Below are positions 37,693 to 47,567 of a DNA stretch of 64,000 bases, in pieces. The DNA lies in the NCBI GenBank assembly GCA_014801225.1, contig JAAVEO010000039.1, positions 26,133-90,132 of the forward strand, given 5' to 3'. This DNA is from Bacteroides sp. (GTDB lineage: Bacteria > Bacteroidota > Bacteroidia > Bacteroidales > Muribaculaceae). Numbering within the stretch: position 1 is the first letter of the stretch; each line of letters begins with the position of its first letter. The notes below the pieces were generated by a model, which searched no databases, had not been told where the DNA came from, and saw only the letters and a program-made list of their open reading frames with translations. A program made the translations under genes and the position numbers.

Positions 37693-40569
37693 ATGAACAA
37701 AAATATAATTCTGGGAGCTGCAGTTATTATGGCGGCTTCCGGAGCTTTTGCCAAGCGACCACTCGACCATGACGCTTTCGATTCATGGCAGTCGGTGAAG
37801 AATAATACTATCTCGCGCAATGGAGAGTGGACTGCATTCTCCACTGTGCCGCAGGAGGGAGATGCCGTACTTACACTTTACAATACAAAGACAGGTAAAC
37901 GTATCGACATTCCACGCGGTTATACTCCGGCCTTCACAGCCTCCGGGGATTGGGCTCTCGCTCTCGTGAAACCCTTCTACCAAGCTACACGCAAGGCAAA
38001 AATCGACAAGAAAAAAGATCATGAGATGCCGCAGGATTCACTCGTGATGGTGAATCTTCGCGATGGCTCCATAACTCGTGTACCGGATGTACTTTCTTAC
38101 CGTATCGGCAAGGATGGTGGAGAATGGGTGGCGTGGCTTTCGGCCGACACCACTCTAATCTCTCCCAAGGCTTTGGCAGATAAGGAGGCCGGACGCCCGA
38201 TGACAGTGCGCAATCTTCGCGCAGGGACCAACAAAGTAGTGAAATGGGTAAAAGATTATGCTTTTTCCAAGGATGGAAAGAGATTGGCCTTCAGCACCTT
38301 TGACAACGGCCTCGACACTCTCGCCACTGACGGGATGAGCGTCTTCTCGTTCCCCGACACTACTTTTGTGACTGTGGATACCGGGAAGGTGGCCTACGGC
38401 CGCCCCGTATTCAATGAGGAGGGCTCTATGCTCGCCTTTACCGCTACGACTGATTCGGCCAAGACAGGAACTCCGCGTTATGATCTCTTCCTCTCCGATT
38501 TGTCGAAAGCATCGGCACCTACCGAGAGACTGACAGTAGCCACTTGGCAGCGACCGGCACAGAATCTCCAGATGCCTCATGTGTCAGACCCTGAGGAACA
38601 AGCTCGTCTGGCAAAAAAACGTGAGGAGATGATCCGCGCGCAGCATGGGGATGAGTTGGTAGCGAATCAGTATTCGGTGCCTGTGTTCTCTCATGACGGA
38701 CGTCGTGTGGTAGTGGATGTGGCCCCTTATATCGCTCCCGATGATACCACTATCGTGGATTTCGAACGTGCGAAACTTGATATATGGGTATGGGATGCGC
38801 CATATACTCCCCCGCAGGAGAATATAAATCTCGATAAATGGAAGAAGAAGGGGTGTCCCCTCGTGGTAGATATAGCTTCTGGGCGTACCACTCTAATTTC
38901 CAATGATAAGAAAGCAGATGTGAAAGTGCCCGACCGTTGGGACGGTGATTGGGCTCTTCTTCTTGACCCGGAGGATAATATTATACAGCGTCAGTGGGAT
39001 TATCTTGCTCCTACCGCCGCTTACGCAGTGAACGTCGCTGACGGAAAACGTGAGAAAATCGGAGAGCTTCCTGCCGGAGAGGGTGAAGTATCCCCTGCGG
39101 GAAGATATATGGTATGGTATGCCGACAAGACTTGGTATGCTTATGACACTACCGACGGAACTACGGCCGATATCTCTTCCGCAATCCCCTTCCCCGTATG
39201 GATGGAGGATGACGATCATCCTATGAATCCGGAGCAGTATGGCGCCGCGGGATGGGCCGACAATGACGAGGCGTTCCTTATTTATGACCGCCATGATATC
39301 TGGAGCGTTGACCCGAAAGGTAAGCGTCAGCCGGTATGCCTGACAGCCGGAAAGGGGCGGAAGGATAATCTTCGTTACCGCTATCTTAACACTGATCCGG
39401 AGAAGAGAAGTCTCGCACAGGGCGACCGGATGCTTCTCGAGCTTTTCAGCTATGACACCAAGAAGAACGGTTTCGCAACTTCGAAATATTCATCGCGAGC
39501 TGCCGAGCCCAAGACTTTAGTGCTTGACGAGTATGCTTTCACACAGGTACGCGAAGCCAAGGATGCGCCGGTGTATACCTTCGCAAAGGGTAATTTCAGC
39601 GAGTGTCCGCAGGTATATGTGGCCAAAGGTGATGATTTCAAGGGTATGAAACGTCTTTCGGACGCAAATCCTCAGATGGCCGAATATAGCTGGGGAGACG
39701 CTCAACTCGTGAAATGGCATGCCTACAACGGCGACTTGACGGAAGGTGTGCTCTATACTCCCGAGAATCTTGATCCGGATAAGAAGTATCCGATGCTGGT
39801 AGTGTTCTATGAGACCAATTCTGAAGAACTCTATCGCCATTACACAATGGAACCTTCTTGGAGCTGGGTGAACTATCCCTTCTATGTGAGCCGCGGATAT
39901 GTGGTATTTGTGCCTGATGTGCACTACACTCCCGGTGTGCCCGGCGAGAGTGCTTACAATTATATCTGTTCCGGTGTGGAAGACCTTTGTAAGAAGTATC
40001 CCTGGATCGACAAGGAGCGTATCGGCATAGACGGGCAGAGCTGGGGCGGATATCAGACAGCTTTCCTTGTGACCCGCACCAATATGTTTGCTTGTGCCGG
40101 CAGTGGAGCTCCCGTCTCCAACATGACGAGCGCCTACGGTGGTATCCGCTGGGAGAGCGGTTCGTCGCGCCAGTCGCAGTATGAGCAGGGACAGAGCCGC
40201 ATCGGCAAGACTCTTTGGGAAGCTCCGGAGCTTTATATCGCCAATTCTCCCGTGTTCCATGCCGATAGAGTGGAGACTCCGCTGCTTATCATGCACAATG
40301 ATGCCGATGGTGCTGTGCCCTGGTATCAAGGTATAGAGCTCTTCATGTGTCTGCGTCGTCTGCAGAAACCGGTGTGGATGCTTCAATACAATGGAGAGGC
40401 CCATAATATACGCGCGAGAAAGAACCGTAAGGATATCACGATTCGTCTGCAGCAATTCTTCGACCATTATCTGAAAGACGCCCCGATGCCTGTATGGATG
40501 AAGCAAGGCATACGTGCCGAACGAAAAGGTCAGGAGATGGGCACCGAGCTACTTGAAGATATTCAATAA
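37693..40569 (+). CDS. S9 (prolyl oligopeptidase-family) peptidase
   Basis: Signal peptide, propeller region, GQSWGG nucleophile, HNDAD and GEAH triad motifs. Confidence 0.93.
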   Translation: MNKNIILGAAVIMAASGAFAKRPLDHDAFDSWQSVKNNTISRNGEWTAFSTVPQEGDAVLTLYNTKTGKRIDIPRGYTPAFTASGDWALALVKPFYQATRKAKIDKKKDHEMPQDSLVMVNLRDGSITRVPDVLSYRIGKDGGEWVAWLSADTTLISPKALADKEAGRPMTVRNLRAGTNKVVKWVKDYAFSKDGKRLAFSTFDNGLDTLATDGMSVFSFPDTTFVTVDTGKVAYGRPVFNEEGSMLAFTATTDSAKTGTPRYDLFLSDLSKASAPTERLTVATWQRPAQNLQMPHVSDPEEQARLAKKREEMIRAQHGDELVANQYSVPVFSHDGRRVVVDVAPYIAPDDTTIVDFERAKLDIWVWDAPYTPPQENINLDKWKKKGCPLVVDIASGRTTLISNDKKADVKVPDRWDGDWALLLDPEDNIIQRQWDYLAPTAAYAVNVADGKREKIGELPAGEGEVSPAGRYMVWYADKTWYAYDTTDGTTADISSAIPFPVWMEDDDHPMNPEQYGAAGWADNDEAFLIYDRHDIWSVDPKGKRQPVCLTAGKGRKDNLRYRYLNTDPEKRSLAQGDRMLLELFSYDTKKNGFATSKYSSRAAEPKTLVLDEYAFTQVREAKDAPVYTFAKGNFSECPQVYVAKGDDFKGMKRLSDANPQMAEYSWGDAQLVKWHAYNGDLTEGVLYTPENLDPDKKYPMLVVFYETNSEELYRHYTMEPSWSWVNYPFYVSRGYVVFVPDVHYTPGVPGESAYNYICSGVEDLCKKYPWIDKERIGIDGQSWGGYQTAFLVTRTNMFACAGSGAPVSNMTSAYGGIRWESGSSRQSQYEQGQSRIGKTLWEAPELYIANSPVFHADRVETPLLIMHNDADGAVPWYQGIELFMCLRRLQKPVWMLQYNGEAHNIRARKNRKDITIRLQQFFDHYLKDAPMPVWMKQGIRAERKGQEMGTELLEDIQ

Positions 40570-40718
40570 GTAAATATTCCGGCTCACGCATTGACTGCGT
40601 GTTAAATAATACGAAACGGCTGGCAAAATTAAACATTTTATGATTAATTTTGTCAGCTGTTTTAGTATATCATGCTATCCGGATTGAATTTCATGACGGC
40701 ATACGAATAATATTTCAG

Positions 40719-42245
40719 ATGAGATTTTTTAAGATATTTATTAAGATGACTATGGCTGCGCTCGCTTTGATCTGCGGAGCAAGCGGGGGTGTCGCTATGG
40801 CTCAGGAGAATCCGAAGAGGGAGTTTCGCGGAGCGTGGCTCCATATTATCGGGCAGTCGCAATGGCAGAACAAGAGTACGGAACAGGCCAAGGCTTATAT
40901 CCATGATCAGCTTGACAAACTTCAGGCCGCGGGGTGCAATGCCGTGATTTTCCAGGTGCGCCCTACTGCCGACGCTATGTATAAGAGTGAGTTGGAACCG
41001 TGGACCACTTGGCTCACCGGTAAACGCGGGAAGGCACCCTCCCCTATGTGGGATCCTATGGAGTATGCTCTTGAGGAGGCTCACAAGAGAGGAATGGAAT
41101 TTCATGCGTGGCTTAATCCTTATCGTGTCACATCGGATGCGAAGGAGGTACTTCCGACCGACCATGCTTCGAAGAAGGAGCCTCACCGATTTGTAAAATA
41201 TAACGGTCAGGTATATTTTGATCCTGCCTATCAGGAGAACCGCGACTTCATTTGTGAAGTGGTGGAAGATATCGTGAAGCGTTATGATGTGGATGGTATC
41301 CATATCGATGATTATTTCTATCCTTATCCGGTGAAGGGTGTGAAATTCAATGATGATGCTTCGTATGCGAAGTTTGGCAACGGACAGAACCGGAATGACT
41401 GGCGACGTCATAATGTTGACCTTCTTATAGAGCAGCTTCACGGCACTATCAAGGGAATCAAGCCATGGGTGAGATTCGGAGTCTCTCCATTCGGTATCTG
41501 GCGTAATAAGAAGAGCGATCCTCGCGGAAGCGACAGCAACGGATTGCAGAATTATGACGACCTCTATGCCGATGTGCTCCTTTGGGCCAAGAAGGGCTGG
41601 ATAGATTATCTCGCCCCTCAGCTTTACTGGACTCTCGACAGGGATGTAGCTCCGAGCAGAGGATTGGCAAAATGGTGGAACGACAATTCTAATGGTGTGG
41701 ATATCTATATCGGGCAGGATGTACGTTGCACTATGAATAATGCCGATCCGAAGGCGAAGCGTGCCGATGAGCTTGACACAAAGGTGGAGCTATCGCGTCA
41801 ACTGCCCAATGTGAAAGGAAATATCTGGTGGCACGGGTATTGGGTAACTGAGAATCTCAAGGGTGTGGCAGATCGGCTGGCCTCCACTCATCAGAGTACT
41901 ATCGCACTTCCTCCGGCCTACGGTGATGACAACCGTCGTGCGGCTCCCGTCACCAAACTGCGACTGGAGCATCATGACGGCAAGACATTCCTATGCTGGG
42001 ATAATCCTGCACATGGCAGAGATCAGAAAGCTACGGATGCAGTGCGATATGTGGTGTATGAGTTCTTCCCCGGCGAGGCTGCCGATAACCTTGACGATCC
42101 TCAGACCATAATCGCTCTTACTCCGATGAACCGTGTGCTTGTGGCCGATGAAGATTCCAAGGAGGCTACTAAGGGATTGACTTTCGTAGTGACCGCACTT
42201 GACAGAATGAATAGAGAATCACAACCTACAGTATTGAAACTATGA
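40719..42245 (+). CDS. Glycoside hydrolase-like 10 (YddW/DigH-like) protein
   Basis: KREFRGAWL, FQVRP, FHAWLNPYR, DGIHIDDYFYPY and DYLAPQLYW motifs; Fn3-like tail. Start chosen at ATG 40719. Confidence 0.92.
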   Translation: MRFFKIFIKMTMAALALICGASGGVAMAQENPKREFRGAWLHIIGQSQWQNKSTEQAKAYIHDQLDKLQAAGCNAVIFQVRPTADAMYKSELEPWTTWLTGKRGKAPSPMWDPMEYALEEAHKRGMEFHAWLNPYRVTSDAKEVLPTDHASKKEPHRFVKYNGQVYFDPAYQENRDFICEVVEDIVKRYDVDGIHIDDYFYPYPVKGVKFNDDASYAKFGNGQNRNDWRRHNVDLLIEQLHGTIKGIKPWVRFGVSPFGIWRNKKSDPRGSDSNGLQNYDDLYADVLLWAKKGWIDYLAPQLYWTLDRDVAPSRGLAKWWNDNSNGVDIYIGQDVRCTMNNADPKAKRADELDTKVELSRQLPNVKGNIWWHGYWVTENLKGVADRLASTHQSTIALPPAYGDDNRRAAPVTKLRLEHHDGKTFLCWDNPAHGRDQKATDAVRYVVYEFFPGEAADNLDDPQTIIALTPMNRVLVADEDSKEATKGLTFVVTALDRMNRESQPTVLKL

Positions 42246-43030
42246 GAGATTTCAGCGATAAGGATTTGAAGGATTTTCTTGACCGCGAGGCTGCCAGAAT
42301 CAATACTCCCGAGTTTATCGGAGAGGATCCGGTGCAGTTTCCGCGCAGGTTTGAGAAGTTGCAGGATATAGAGATTGTGGCTTTCCTTTCGGCTATCATT
42401 GCCTGGGGACGCCGGAACATGATATGCCGTGATGCGGAGCGTATGCTTTCGCTTATGGAGCAACGCCCTTTTGACTACGTAATGGACGAAGGGTATGAGG
42501 AGCTTGATCCGCGTATGAATATTCATCGCACTATGTTTGCTTCGGATTTGCAGTATTTTCTGCGGGGATTGCGCAAAGTCTTCTCCGATTACGGCAGTCT
42601 GGATGCATTTTGTGCGGCTGTGAAGGCGGGCGATGATGCGGCTCCTTCTTGGAAATTCGTGGAAGAGTTGCAGAAAGTGATGTGCGCTGAAAATGATGGC
42701 AAGACTTGTTCGCAATGTCTCCCTGTAAATCTGAAGACTACGGCTCTTAAGCGTATCAATATGGCGTTGCGCTGGCTTGTGAGAGACGATGGGATTGTAG
42801 ACATGGGTGTATGGAAGAGTATACCGAAGAGTAAACTTTTCATTCCTCTGGATGTACATGTAGGGAATACGGCCCGCGATCTTGGATTGCTCACCCGTAA
42901 GGCCAACGACCGCAAAAGTGTGGAGGAGGTGATGGAGACTCTCCGGAGGTACCGTCCGGATGATCCCGCTATCTATGACTATGCCCTGTTCGGTATCGGA
43001 ATTGAAAACTCCAAGGCCCGGGCTGAATAA
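42242..43030 (+). CDS. TIGR02757/DUF2400-family protein
   Basis: DPVQFP, KRINMALRWLVR, PLDVHV and DPAIYDYALFG motifs. Confidence 0.92.
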   Translation: MRDFSDKDLKDFLDREAARINTPEFIGEDPVQFPRRFEKLQDIEIVAFLSAIIAWGRRNMICRDAERMLSLMEQRPFDYVMDEGYEELDPRMNIHRTMFASDLQYFLRGLRKVFSDYGSLDAFCAAVKAGDDAAPSWKFVEELQKVMCAENDGKTCSQCLPVNLKTTALKRINMALRWLVRDDGIVDMGVWKSIPKSKLFIPLDVHVGNTARDLGLLTRKANDRKSVEEVMETLRRYRPDDPAIYDYALFGIGIENSKARAE

Positions 43031-43086
43031 TTCTCCAGGCTATTTCTTGAGGGATCGGATCTAAATATTATAATCATATTGAAATC

Positions 43087-44364
43087 ATGAAACTGCGCTC
43101 TATTTTCCTTTCGCTATCAATGATTATGGCAATCGGCGTAATGGCCATGACGCCGTTTCGCACTCATCGGTTTGAACAGTTCAGGGTATTGCCCGGCCGG
43201 GAGAATGCCATTGTATTCTTCGGGAATTCAATCACCAATATGTTTGAATGGAGCGAGGCCTTGGGGAATGATCCGAGAGTTCTGAATCGCGGAGTATCCG
43301 GAGCCATGACGGTGGAATTACTTGAGAATACGGATATCGTCACTTCACTTCATCCGGCAAAAGTATTTATAGGAATCGGAACTAATGATCTCGGCAATCC
43401 GGAGCTTTGCAGCCCTGACAGTGTGGCGGCCAGGATTACGGCTATCGTGAAGCGGATAAGACGGGAGTCGCCTCAGACTGAGGTGTATGTTCAGTCGATT
43501 CTTCCGAGTGATAACGGTATCCGCACCCTTGACGCTATTCGGGATACTAACGCTAAGGTGAAACCGCAAGTGGAGGAGTCAGGCGCGGTATATATAGATC
43601 TTTATGATCTGTTGAGCGGTATCGTAAGTAAGGATATTTCTTATGACGGTCTGCATCTTTCGGCGCGAGGATATGCTTTATGGTTGGATGCAATTTCGGA
43701 ATATACCGGTCTGAAACCCGTTTTCGGAACTGATATCACTGAGGATAATGGCGGCATCGATTGGAATTCATTCGGTATGCGTAACACTTATTTCAGTGCC
43801 TATCCTGTGGCATCGAATGATATTCTTATATTGGGAGATGAGATGATTCATGGCGGCGAATGGCGGGAACTGTTGGACCGACCGAATGTAAAAAACCGTG
43901 GCACGGGTTGGGGATATGGTGGTCTCTCAATGGATAAATGGATTGAGAATACGGATGCTATCTTCGGAGCTAATGGTAATAAAGCGGCTCCGGCCAAGAT
44001 AGTGCTATATGCCGGAACGGAAGAACTCTATGCTCCGGAGTCAGACACTGGAAAGATTCTTGATGGTTATCGCAAATGGATTGAATGCATCAGGGAATAT
44101 GCTCCTGCGTCCACTACCGGAATCGAGATTCTCTCGCTGATACCACGCAATGAACCCGAACTTGACAGCACTCTCACAATACCTTTCAACTCTGCCTTGG
44201 CAAAGATGGCTGCAGCCGGGGATAATATCGGATACATTGACATATATACCCCTCTCTCCGTTATGGAGGAAGGGAAATCTTGCGCTAATCCCCTGTACGT
44301 TTCCGATAATTTCCTTACGGGCGCCGGATATACTCTCGTAGCTGATATCCTCTCCGGGATTTAA
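43087..44364 (+). CDS. Secreted tandem SGNH/GDSL esterase
   Basis: Domain 1: FGNSIT, NRGVSG, GTND, DGLH. Domain 2: LGDEMI, NRG, AGTEE, DNFL. Confidence 0.85.
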   Translation: MKLRSIFLSLSMIMAIGVMAMTPFRTHRFEQFRVLPGRENAIVFFGNSITNMFEWSEALGNDPRVLNRGVSGAMTVELLENTDIVTSLHPAKVFIGIGTNDLGNPELCSPDSVAARITAIVKRIRRESPQTEVYVQSILPSDNGIRTLDAIRDTNAKVKPQVEESGAVYIDLYDLLSGIVSKDISYDGLHLSARGYALWLDAISEYTGLKPVFGTDITEDNGGIDWNSFGMRNTYFSAYPVASNDILILGDEMIHGGEWRELLDRPNVKNRGTGWGYGGLSMDKWIENTDAIFGANGNKAAPAKIVLYAGTEELYAPESDTGKILDGYRKWIECIREYAPASTTGIEILSLIPRNEPELDSTLTIPFNSALAKMAAAGDNIGYIDIYTPLSVMEEGKSCANPLYVSDNFLTGAGYTLVADILSGI

Positions 44365-44376
44365 CTGCTTTTAAGA

Positions 44377-44703
44377 ATGAAGATTGTTAAATGCCGATGG
44401 ATGCCGAAGAGGTATGCTATGAATATGTTCGGGATGATATGGGTAAAGGATCCGAGTTGGATTGACGCGGATGTTATCAATCATGAACGTATACATTCTG
44501 TTCAGCAACGCGAACTTCTCTACCTCCCCTTTTACTTATTCTACTTAATTGAATGGCTTATAAGACTCTTATGCTATCTCAATTGGGAGAAGGCTTACCG
44601 CAACATCTCCTTCGAACGCGAAGCTTATAGATATGGCCATGACCACACTTATCTCTCCAGCCGACGCCGCTATGCGTGGCTCCGATTTCTCCTACCTTTC
44701 TAA
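44377..44703 (+). CDS. Small hypothetical protein with an HExxH motif
   Basis: INHERIH...YRNISFEREAY, a zincin-like pattern. Confidence 0.75.
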   Translation: MKIVKCRWMPKRYAMNMFGMIWVKDPSWIDADVINHERIHSVQQRELLYLPFYLFYLIEWLIRLLCYLNWEKAYRNISFEREAYRYGHDHTYLSSRRRYAWLRFLLPF

Positions 44704-44996
44704 ATAACTATTTCTATCATAAGAACATGACACGCGATTCAAGACCGTACAAGAGCGGATTGTACGAGGATTTTTTTGACGCGGCTTCTACCGACCATCT
44801 CACAGTGGAGAAGGCCGTGAAGAAGAACGAATTAAGAATATTGAGGCTGCGAGAAAAGCCGGTCTCTCTGACGAGATGATTGCTCGGATTTTCGGCTAAC
44901 CAATCTCGCTTGTGATATGACTACAGTGGATACGAAAGTAATCCAAGGATTGACTAATAAATTAGTCCGAAAAATTGTAGAATCGAAAAAAATACT

Positions 44997-45004
44997 TACC
45001 TTTG
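44997..45004 (+). promoter_or_regulatory. Candidate -7 promoter element (TACCTTTG) for the signalling island leader
   Basis: Matches TAnnTTTG about 440 nt upstream of the LytTR start. Confidence 0.5.
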
Positions 45005-45161
45005 TATTATCGAAGGGCACTAAACTTAGTGAATACGCACATTCATAAACGGGTTTAGGCCAACTTCTCATATTCCACGCTGTGGGTATGTCTAAGAGTA
45101 GACACATATCGGTCAGCGGGAGAAATAATAGTAAAAAGCGTGTATTGACGCTTGTTCCAAA

Positions 45162-45389
45162 CTGTTCAGAACTTAGGACACTCTGACTACTCACTTCGGG
45201 ACACGGCAGCAATAGACGCCACGGGGTATGTAATATACCGACTCGGGCTCATTTCAAGCATTCCCGCTTGGAATGGGTTTGGGGTATATACATATACAGC
45301 GTGGAGTCCGTTGCTCAATCCGGTGAGTTGGGCACGTCCTAAGGCCTTGAACAGCGGAGTGAGCAACAATGAGACTCCCCGCTTTTTTT
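45162..45389 (+). ncRNA. Long nested hairpin with an adjoining terminator (candidate attenuator or antisense element)
   Basis: Nested pairings CTGTTCA/TGAACAG, CTTAGGAC/GTCCTAAG, ACTCAC/GTGAGT, GACGCCACG/CGTGGAGTC, TATACC/GGTATA and CGGGCTCATTTCAAGC/GCTTGGAATGGGTTTG, followed by GCGGAGT...ACTCCCCGC and a T-tract. Confidence 0.65.
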
Positions 45390-45445
45390 GTATATGAATT
45401 CTTCTTTCCTCCCGGGGTCTAAGGGCATCACGGTCAGCACGAAAC

Positions 45446-45823
45446 ATGACACACTTGAAAGCATCGGAAACCACCCTATTCTTCAATACGAGGGATGAGA
45501 TGATAAAGGTAAAATTGGAAAAAGTGGCTTATTTCGAATCGGATTCCAATTACTGCCATGCCGTATTCATCAACGGCGCGAAGGCCACACTCCTCACAAG
45601 CCTGGTAAATATCGAGCAACTGATTTCCGAACGATTCCGAGGTGAGGACCCTTTGTTTATCCGCATCGGGAAACGCTTCATTGTTAATCGCCGTTTCATT
45701 TTTCAGATCAATATTCCAAAACAGAAACTCATGCTGTCCGATTTTGTATCTCCACTGATTTTGGAATTATCAATCTCAAAAGAGGCTTTGAAAAACCTCA
45801 AACATCTTTACACATCCAACTGA
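45446..45823 (+). CDS. Stand-alone LytTR DNA-binding protein
   Basis: VAYFESDSNYC and FIRIGKRFIVN, the LytTR F.R.HRS.IVN pattern; no receiver domain. Confidence 0.85.
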   Translation: MTHLKASETTLFFNTRDEMIKVKLEKVAYFESDSNYCHAVFINGAKATLLTSLVNIEQLISERFRGEDPLFIRIGKRFIVNRRFIFQINIPKQKLMLSDFVSPLILELSISKEALKNLKHLYTSN

Positions 45824-45876
45824 AATTTACCGACCAAGCAGCAAAGAATAACGCTACTTAATCATTAGTATTGCAA

Positions 45877-46590
45877 ATGGAAATTATAATTGGCCGACAA
45901 GGCACTCAGAAAACAAAAATTACAGATCCTACCGTCAGCCGGCAACATTGTAAAGTAACGGTAAATCCCGACGGAACCTATACCGTAGAAAACCTTAGCC
46001 AACACGGCACTAAAATTGACGGACGCGATATCTTGAAAGCTACGGCTCAATCCGGCAGCCGTATCCAATTGGGAAGCTCATATTCCGCCGTACTTGCCGA
46101 CCTTATCGGGGCGACACCTCAGCAGAGATGCACAGCTTCCGACCGACGAATCTCAACATCGGAAACCTCCACTCCATCATCTCAATCTTCCCAAAAGGAA
46201 ATTAAGACTTTCAATATAGCTCATCTCAAACGAGTATGGGAGGATTTCAATCAGACCAATATTGAGAAATCGAATGAGCAGCGAAAAATCAATCTTATCC
46301 GTACCGGAATGGGTATCTTCACAATGTGTGCCATGCCGTTGATATATTTCTGCGGACCCGTAGGATACGCAATGACAGCAATAGGTATTTTAGGTAATAT
46401 CTACAGCTTCACGGGTATGAAGAATGCAGAGACGGCGGAAGACAGACAGCGACGTCAGGATGAGTTTGACGATGCATGGGTATGTCCGAATCCGGCTTGC
46501 GGACGATCGTTACTCGCAAAAAACTATAAGATGCTTCTGCGCAATCATAAGTCATGTCCCTATTGCAAATGCAAGTATGTGGAAAAGTAA
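45877..46590 (+). CDS. FHA-domain membrane protein with a C-terminal Zn finger
   Basis: IIIGR, VSRQH and HGT (FHA); Ser/Thr-rich linker; hydrophobic hairpin; CPNPAC...CPYC. Confidence 0.88.
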   Translation: MEIIIGRQGTQKTKITDPTVSRQHCKVTVNPDGTYTVENLSQHGTKIDGRDILKATAQSGSRIQLGSSYSAVLADLIGATPQQRCTASDRRISTSETSTPSSQSSQKEIKTFNIAHLKRVWEDFNQTNIEKSNEQRKINLIRTGMGIFTMCAMPLIYFCGPVGYAMTAIGILGNIYSFTGMKNAETAEDRQRRQDEFDDAWVCPNPACGRSLLAKNYKMLLRNHKSCPYCKCKYVEK

Positions 46591-47311
46591 ACTCTTTTTA
46601 GCCATTCTGGTGGGTATTCTCCCTCTGCTTGCCCGAGGAGAGACGTATGTGGTATGTGTAGGGATCGGGAAGTATGCAAATCCTAAGGTGAAGACTCTTA
46701 TCAAGACGGAGAAAGATGCTAAAGCCGTGGCTGATTTCTATAAGAACGGTACTCCTAATGTAATAACCGTCACAGGAAGATATGCCACCAAAACAAGAAT
46801 TCTCCAATCACTCGCCGACCAATTCGGCAGGGCCAAAGCCGGAGATAAGATTATATTTTATTTCAGCGGGCATGGCTATCCGGGTGGGTTCTGTCCGTAT
46901 GAAATGCAAAAGATAGAGGACGGTCTCACTTATGCGGATGTGATAAAGGTAATGAGTCGGTCGAAAGCCAAAGATAAATTCATTTTTGCAGATGCCTGCA
47001 ACAGCGGCGCAATCCGACAGAGCAAGACAACCCCAAATCCCCAGCCGGGCAATATTCTGCTTTTCCTATCATCACGTGGTAATGAATACTCTATAGAATC
47101 TCCTCTCCTTTCCAATGGATATTTCACCAACTTCCTTCTTCATGGTCTCCGGGGGAAGGCGGATACCAACGGAGATAAGGCAATCACAGCTAAGGAACTT
47201 TATAATTATGTTTCTTCGGGAGTAACGGAATTATCGAAGGGTAAGCAACATCCTGTAATGTGGGGTAATTTTCCCGACAATCTCGTCATCGTGAAATATA
47301 ACAAGAAATAG
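46577..47311 (+). CDS. Caspase-family (peptidase C14) protease with a signal peptide
   Basis: Start at ATG 46577 gives MWKSKLFLAILVGILPLLARG. Catalytic dyad in FSGHG and DACNSG; ADTNGDKAIT and QHP motifs. Confidence 0.9.
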   Translation: MWKSKLFLAILVGILPLLARGETYVVCVGIGKYANPKVKTLIKTEKDAKAVADFYKNGTPNVITVTGRYATKTRILQSLADQFGRAKAGDKIIFYFSGHGYPGGFCPYEMQKIEDGLTYADVIKVMSRSKAKDKFIFADACNSGAIRQSKTTPNPQPGNILLFLSSRGNEYSIESPLLSNGYFTNFLLHGLRGKADTNGDKAITAKELYNYVSSGVTELSKGKQHPVMWGNFPDNLVIVKYNKK

Positions 47312-47419
47312 GTTTGGTCAATTAAAACCGCCATTTCATCCATCATCAGCCGACAGCCAATGATTAAACTTTGCTCTTGGATTAACTTTGTATAAAATAA
47401 CACTAACAACACATCTACC

Positions 47420-47563
47420 ATGTTTCCAATATTTTGGATTGCAGTATGGGCTCTTATATTCAGTATTTTTGACGAGCCCTCCACAGCCCAAATCTGGGGT
47501 TTCATAATAATAGGACTCGGAGGACCTATTGGTAATTGGTTAATTCATGCTCTAAGAGACTAA
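47420..47563 (+). CDS. 47-aa two-helix membrane peptide
   Basis: MFPIFWIAVWALIFSIFDEPSTAQIWGFIIIGLGGPIGNWLIHALRD*. It has an A/C-rich leader and its stop lies 4 nt before the kinase ATG. Below the ORF-track cutoff. Confidence 0.6.
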   Translation: MFPIFWIAVWALIFSIFDEPSTAQIWGFIIIGLGGPIGNWLIHALRD

Positions 47564-47567
47564 TATT

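Noticed and set aside
44676-44879. Short ORF after the HExxH gene
   Set aside because: No recognisable motif, so it cannot be supported as a gene.
44832-45486. Minus-strand ORFs of 126 and 99 aa over the structured leader
   Set aside because: No protein features; the region is better explained as a + strand RNA element.
46424-46576. N-terminal extension of the caspase in the ORF track
   Set aside because: It overlaps the FHA gene out of frame, and ATG 46577 gives a clean signal peptide.
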